Virus record (IMG/VR): IMGVR_UViG_3300037311_000342
Location: 1 to 45,624 of that record
Source of the DNA: a virus
Taxonomy: Duplodnaviria; Caudoviricetes
Direction: 5' to 3' (one strand)
Length of the DNA: 45,624 nucleotides
This document shows, piece after piece, positions 41,771 through 45,624 of the stretch. The position numbers were made by a program, and so were the translations under genes. The notes under the pieces are model-generated. The model had not been told where the DNA came from and did not search any database. It worked only from the letters and a program-made list of their open reading frames with translations. Numbering within the stretch: position 1 is the stretch's first letter; each line of letters begins with the position of its first letter.

Positions 41771-43030
41771 TCAGTCGAAGGTGCCGGCCGGCAGCGGGGC
41801 CTGGCGGTCGCCCGGCCGGCCGGTGGTGGGGGCCTCCGACAGGCTGCCGCCGGCCAGCTTGTTGAAGGCCCCGGCGGCGGCGTCCACCCGGTCCTTCCGC
41901 TTGCCGTGCGGGAACCCCTCCAGCTCGGACAGGAAGGCCTCGGCCCAGTCGGCGTCCAGCACCCCCACGTTGCCCACCTCCCACTGCGCCCGCAGGGGGA
42001 TGGCCCGGTCCTGCTTGGACCCGTCGGCCGGGTTGACCGGGTCGGCCTCGACGCTGTACCCGGCCAGGAACCGGATGAGGGCCTCGACCGACTCGGCCCC
42101 GAACCCGCTCGGCCGCTCGACGTAGGTGCGGAGCACCCGCACCCCGGGCCGGCGGCGGTCGGCGGCGCACGTCTGGCGGATCACCTCGTTCCGCTCGGCC
42201 GGGGTCCAGCTGCCGGCCACGCAGTCGCACACCACGAACCGCCCGCCCGGGTCGCGGCCCATCAAGACCCCGGCCGTGTTGGCCGACGACACCCCCTTGG
42301 TGGCGGCCGTGTCCCAGTACCGGACGGCCGCCGTGCCGACCGGGACGGCCGGCAGGACCGGGGCCTTGGACCGGTCGAAGAACACCCCGCCCCCGGTGAC
42401 GAACTCGCCGCCCAGCTCCTGGGCGGCGAGTTCGCTCGGGTACTGGAGCCGGAGCCGGTCGGCGAACCCGGCCGGCAGGAACGGGTTCTGGTCGGTGCGG
42501 GCGTGGAACAGGGCGGTGTCCGGCCGGCCCTTGCCGAACACCTCGTAGGTCCAGTGGGTCTTGCCCTTGGGCGTGAAGGTGGCCGACAGGCCGCCCTGCT
42601 CGCCCCCCTCCCGGAGCCGGCCGATGAGCACCTCGTAGGACGCCTGGCCGCAGATGCTGGCCTCGTCCATCCACACCCCGGACAGGTTCGGGCCGCGGAG
42701 CCGGTCGGGGTCGTCGGCCGTCCGGAACAGCACCTCGGCCCGGTTGCCCAGGACGGCCGTCATCACCCCCCGGCGGAACTCGCGGAGGTAGCCGAGGGCG
42801 TCGGTGTGGGCCAGGAAGGACCGCAGGGAGGCGTCCCGCAGCATCGGGTAGGTGGGGGCCGTCACCATGTACAGCCGGCCGGGGGCGGCCCGGCGGACCA
42901 GGTCGAGCGCCCCCACCCACGACTTGCCCGACCCGATGCCGCCGACGAACCCGCGGTACGGGGCGTCACTCCGGCGGAAGGCCATCTGGGGCGGGGTGAG
43001 CCGCATCCGCACCGTGATCGCCGCCGGCAT
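41771..43030 (-). CDS. terL: Terminase large subunit
   Basis: GGIGSGKS Walker A, VWMDEA Walker B, YWDTAA and KDRVDA nuclease motifs. Confidence 0.95.
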   Translation of the reverse strand: MPAAITVRMRLTPPQMAFRRSDAPYRGFVGGIGSGKSWVGALDLVRRAAPGRLYMVTAPTYPMLRDASLRSFLAHTDALGYLREFRRGVMTAVLGNRAEVLFRTADDPDRLRGPNLSGVWMDEASICGQASYEVLIGRLREGGEQGGLSATFTPKGKTHWTYEVFGKGRPDTALFHARTDQNPFLPAGFADRLRLQYPSELAAQELGGEFVTGGGVFFDRSKAPVLPAVPVGTAAVRYWDTAATKGVSSANTAGVLMGRDPGGRFVVCDCVAGSWTPAERNEVIRQTCAADRRRPGVRVLRTYVERPSGFGAESVEALIRFLAGYSVEADPVNPADGSKQDRAIPLRAQWEVGNVGVLDADWAEAFLSELEGFPHGKRKDRVDAAAGAFNKLAGGSLSEAPTTGRPGDRQAPLPAGTFD

Positions 43031-43406
43031 CGACCAGCTCCTCGGCCACGCGGACCCGGACCGGCCCGCCCTCGGCCCCGGTCAGCTCCTGCCGCTCGAC
43101 GTACCCGCGGCGCTTGCCCTGGGTCTTGAGGTAGAAGCAGACGGCCCACGCCTCGCCGGCCATCGCCCGCTGGACGAGCGAGTGCTCGACCAGGTCGAGC
43201 ACCCGCTCCCTCTCGGCGTCCAGCAGGGCCGACAGGCCGGGGTCACTGCGGATGAACTTGTGGACCGCCTGGCGGCTGACGCCGGCGGCCAGCGCGATCC
43301 CGGCCAGGTTGCCGAGCATCCGCCCGATGAGCGGCTCGACCGCCCCCGGGGTGAGCACCGGCCGCCCCCGCTTCGCCTTCGCCTGTGCCGGCCGGCCCTT
43401 CGCCAC
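42966..43406 (-). CDS. terS: Terminase small subunit (HTH)
   Basis: AGIALAAGVSRQAVHKF HTH and FYLKTQGKRRGYVERQELTG. Directly before terL. Confidence 0.85.
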   Translation of the reverse strand: MAKGRPAQAKAKRGRPVLTPGAVEPLIGRMLGNLAGIALAAGVSRQAVHKFIRSDPGLSALLDAERERVLDLVEHSLVQRAMAGEAWAVCFYLKTQGKRRGYVERQELTGAEGGPVRVRVAEELVDAGGDHGADAAHPAPDGLPPE

Positions 43407-44106
43407 GGTCGCCCCCCTTGCCGGCCAGCAGCCGTTCGAGCCGCCGGCCGTCCACGTACCGGTTGTCCGGCAGCCCCAGGCCGGCGGTGAACCGCAGCCG
43501 GGCCGCGTCGTCCGGGAACACCACCACCAGGTAGAAGTGGTGGGCCTCCCGGTCCACCCCGGCCTCGGCCGCCGCCTTGAACCGCTCGGTCGCCTCCCGG
43601 GCCACGGCCGCCAGCTCGGCCGCCCGGTCGTCGGTGGCCGCGGACACCGGGTCGGTGCCGAACAGGTGGTACAGGTCGGCGTGGTCGAACCCGGCCAGCT
43701 CCGGCGCCTCGATCTCCCGGAGCAGGTCGCCGAGGGCGGCCACGTCCCACTGGCCCTGGGCCTCGGCGTTGTTCAGGAACACGTTCTGGGCCTTCTCCTC
43801 CCGCTCGCTCAGGTCCACCACGGCCACCGGCACCAAGTAGTCGAGCGTCCCCTCCAGTGCGTCCAGCGCCTTCAGCCGCTGGTGCCCGCCGACCACGTGG
43901 CCGGTCCGCCGGTTCCAGACGATCGGCTCCAGCAGCCCCACCCGCTCGACGTTGGCCCGCAGCCGCCGGCGGGCCTCATCGGTGATCGTCCGCGGGTTGT
44001 ACGGGGCGGCCGTGATGTCCCGGCGGGGCACCGCCTCGCTGGCGAACCGGGCGAACCGGGTGAGCGGCGGGGAACCAGTCCCGCCGGCGGACGACCGCTT
44101 CGGCAT
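43243..44106 (-). CDS. ParB/sulfiredoxin-like N-terminal domain protein
   Basis: APYNPRTI, GLLEPIVWN and VVGGHQRLKAL motifs. Confidence 0.88.
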   Translation of the reverse strand: MPKRSSAGGTGSPPLTRFARFASEAVPRRDITAAPYNPRTITDEARRRLRANVERVGLLEPIVWNRRTGHVVGGHQRLKALDALEGTLDYLVPVAVVDLSEREEKAQNVFLNNAEAQGQWDVAALGDLLREIEAPELAGFDHADLYHLFGTDPVSAATDDRAAELAAVAREATERFKAAAEAGVDREAHHFYLVVVFPDDAARLRFTAGLGLPDNRYVDGRRLERLLAGKGGDRGEGPAGTGEGEAGAAGAHPGGGRAAHRADARQPGRDRAGRRRQPPGGPQVHPQ

Positions 44107-44725
44107 AAGGGAACCACTCCAGGAGCTTGCGGAAGTCGGCCGGGTGGCGGTCGTGCAGCCAGCACAGGGACGCCCGGGTGAGGTCGATGCCGCCGGCCTC
44201 GGCGTGCGACTCGGGCAGCGGGATGCCGGCCCGCCGCAGGTACCCGACCACGTCGGCCTTGGTCCACCGGGCCAGCGGGTGCCAGCCGGCCGCCCGGCCC
44301 GACCGCAGGTGCAGCGCCCGGTTGTGGAAGTCGCTCTCCTTCTTGCCGTCGGCGGTGGCCGCCAGCGGCACCCCGGCGTCGGCCGCGGCCAGCCGGTACA
44401 CGTCGGCGTGGGTGAGCCGGGGCAGGTCGTCGTACTCGGGCCGGGGGTCGCAGAACACCCCGTCCCGCAGGGCCGCCAGCGCCACCGGGTCGGGGTAGTG
44501 GGCCACCGGCACCCCCACCCGGCCGAGGTAGCCGTCCACCCGCTCGGCCACCACCGCCAGCCCCGGCACCAGGTCGAGGTGGAACGCCACCACCCGGCGG
44601 AAGTACCGCCGGGCCAGGTGCTCGACCACCAGCGAGTCCTTGCCGCCGCTGAACGCCACCAGCACGGTGTCGTGCTCGGCCGCCCGGCACTGGAACTCCC
44701 GGGCGGTGTGGACCAGGGCGCTCAT
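43976..44725 (-). CDS. PAPS-reductase-like PP-loop protein
   Basis: VAFSGGKDS PP-loop and HPLARWTKADV. ATG at 44725 coupled to the upstream peptide. Confidence 0.85.
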   Translation of the reverse strand: MSALVHTAREFQCRAAEHDTVLVAFSGGKDSLVVEHLARRYFRRVVAFHLDLVPGLAVVAERVDGYLGRVGVPVAHYPDPVALAALRDGVFCDPRPEYDDLPRLTHADVYRLAAADAGVPLAATADGKKESDFHNRALHLRSGRAAGWHPLARWTKADVVGYLRRAGIPLPESHAEAGGIDLTRASLCWLHDRHPADFRKLLEWFPYAEAVVRRRDWFPAAHPVRPVRQRGGAPPGHHGRPVQPADDHR

Positions 44726-44805
44726 CCGCTCTTGGTGCTCGTGGCCGGCTTGTTCTTGCCGCCCTTGGGCTTGTTCTTGCCGCTCTTCGGCTTGGCTTTG
44801 GCCAC
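44722..44805 (-). CDS. 27-aa Lys-rich peptide MAKAKPKSGKNKPKGGKNKPATSTKSG
   Basis: AAGGAG RBS, GTG start, TGA overlapping the ATG of the PP-loop gene. Absent from the ORF track. Confidence 0.7.
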   Translation of the reverse strand: MAKAKPKSGKNKPKGGKNKPATSTKSG

Positions 44806-44815
44806 CGGGTGCTCC

Positions 44816-44844
44816 TTGTGCGACGGTCGCCAGGACTGTATAAT
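44816..44844 (+). promoter_or_regulatory. Sigma70-type promoter for the ASCH gene, overlapping a leftward TACAGT
   Basis: TTGTGC-N17-TATAAT. The - strand has TACAGT at 44840-44835. Confidence 0.65.
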
Positions 44845-44873
44845 TAACGTCGTCCTGTCGCGGAGGATTCGAC

Positions 44874-45260
44874 GTGCGTGTGTTGTCGGTGCTCCAGCCC
44901 TGGGCGTGGGCCATTATTCACGGCGGCAAGCCGGTGGAGAACCGGTCGTGGGCGACTTCTTACCGCGGCCCGCTGCTGATCCAGGCCGGCGCGAGCCGCC
45001 GCTGCCTGGGGGACGCCCCGGACCTGCTGGCCGCGGCCCCGTCGGCGGCCGACCTGCCGTTCGGCTGTCTAGTCGGGGCGGTAGAGTTGGTCGGGTGCGT
45101 CCGCCGGAAGGATTACGACCCAACGGACCGGTGGGCGTTCGGGCCGTGGTGCTGGCTGCTGCGGAACCCCCGCCCGCTGGTCTCGCCGGTGCCGCTCCGC
45201 GGCTCGCTCGGGCTGTTCCCCCCGCCGGCCGGGTTGTCGCTCCGGTTCGCCGGCGGGTAG
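44874..45260 (+). CDS. ASCH domain protein
   Basis: LSVLQPWAWAIIHGGKPVENRSWATSYRGPLLIQA. GGAGG RBS. Confidence 0.92.
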   Translation: MRVLSVLQPWAWAIIHGGKPVENRSWATSYRGPLLIQAGASRRCLGDAPDLLAAAPSAADLPFGCLVGAVELVGCVRRKDYDPTDRWAFGPWCWLLRNPRPLVSPVPLRGSLGLFPPPAGLSLRFAGG

Positions 45261-45273
45261 CCCCTTTTACAAG

Positions 45274-45555
45274 TCAACCAGTCGCCGCCAGGAACCGGGC
45301 CACGGCCTCCTCCTGGGCCGGGGACAGGGGCACCCCGGCGGTGAGGAAGACGGACCGGCCGAGGATGTCGGCCATGAGCAGGCAGTGCAGCCGGTGGTGC
45401 TGGTCGTCGTCGGCGAGTCGGGCGGCCTCGGCCCGCAGGAACTCCTTCACCCGGCGGTAGGCCAGGTACTCCGGCGGCAGCGGGCCGGCGGCCGGGCGGT
45501 AGAACCGGGGCAGCGACCGGCTCTTCTTCGGCAGGGCCTGGGGCTTCTGAGGCAT
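45274..45555 (-). CDS. Hypothetical protein (93 aa)
   Basis: ATG 6 nt after a GTGGTAGACT extended -10 box. GC3 bias. Confidence 0.65.
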   Translation of the reverse strand: MPQKPQALPKKSRSLPRFYRPAAGPLPPEYLAYRRVKEFLRAEAARLADDDQHHRLHCLLMADILGRSVFLTAGVPLSPAQEEAVARFLAATG

Positions 45556-45576
45556 CAGACGAGTCTACCACGGGGG

Positions 45577-45624
45577 GCGGCCGGGATTTTCCCCGGCCGG
45601 CCTAGAAGAGAAAGAGAGAGTCTC
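45577..45624 (-). repeat. Right terminal inverted repeat (48 bp)
   Basis: Exact reverse complement of 1-48. Confidence 0.97.

Larger units (their letters stand above)
1..45624. mobile_element. Apparently complete temperate tailed (siphovirus-like) bacteriophage genome, probably of a Planctomycetota host
   Basis: Terminase, portal, capsid, tail tube, tape measure, integrase with intact attP and replication genes are all present. No host housekeeping genes and no tail sheath recognised. Terminal inverted repeats bound the sequence. Host inferred from protein motifs only. Confidence 0.92.

Noticed and set aside
43976-44914. 312-aa PP-loop ORF starting at 44914
   Set aside because: The upstream part overlaps ASCH and the promoter. 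The credible start is ATG 44725, coupled to the 27-aa peptide.

Overview
The window appears to be a complete, very GC-rich, 45.6-kb temperate tailed-phage genome bounded by a perfect 48-bp terminal inverted repeat. Joined end to end, the two copies would form a 96-bp palindrome. Protein motifs suggest a Planctomycetota (Gemmataceae-like) host, but this is inference. Left to right it carries: (1) an early/replication operon on the - strand (Gly-rich protein, metallopeptidase, VRR-NUC, primase-DUF3987 fusion, DEDD exonuclease, Bet, excisionase-like HTH); (2) a switch made of two divergent ribbon-helix-helix genes; (3) a tyrosine integrase with an intact attP matching the 3' part of tRNA-Ser(CGA); (4) a + strand accessory operon; (5) a putative lysis block with a papain-like cysteine protease and secreted proteins but no recognisable endolysin; (6) tail genes, in which the chaperone/tape-measure cassette is inverted and has its own promoter; (7) Mu-like head genes and terminase; and (8) a ParB / PAPS-reductase-like / basic peptide / ASCH cluster. 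The most unusual non-coding signals are: two intergenic tRNA mimics (perfect acceptor stem and T-arm, no canonical anticodon arm), each followed by a hairpin, RBS and gene; a 23-bp iteron-like motif in matching inverted pairs at the primase 3' end and at the left terminus; and a late-promoter motif CCGGCCG-N7-GTACA(C/G)T in five exact copies. All calls were made by eye from motifs and synteny, without database searches.
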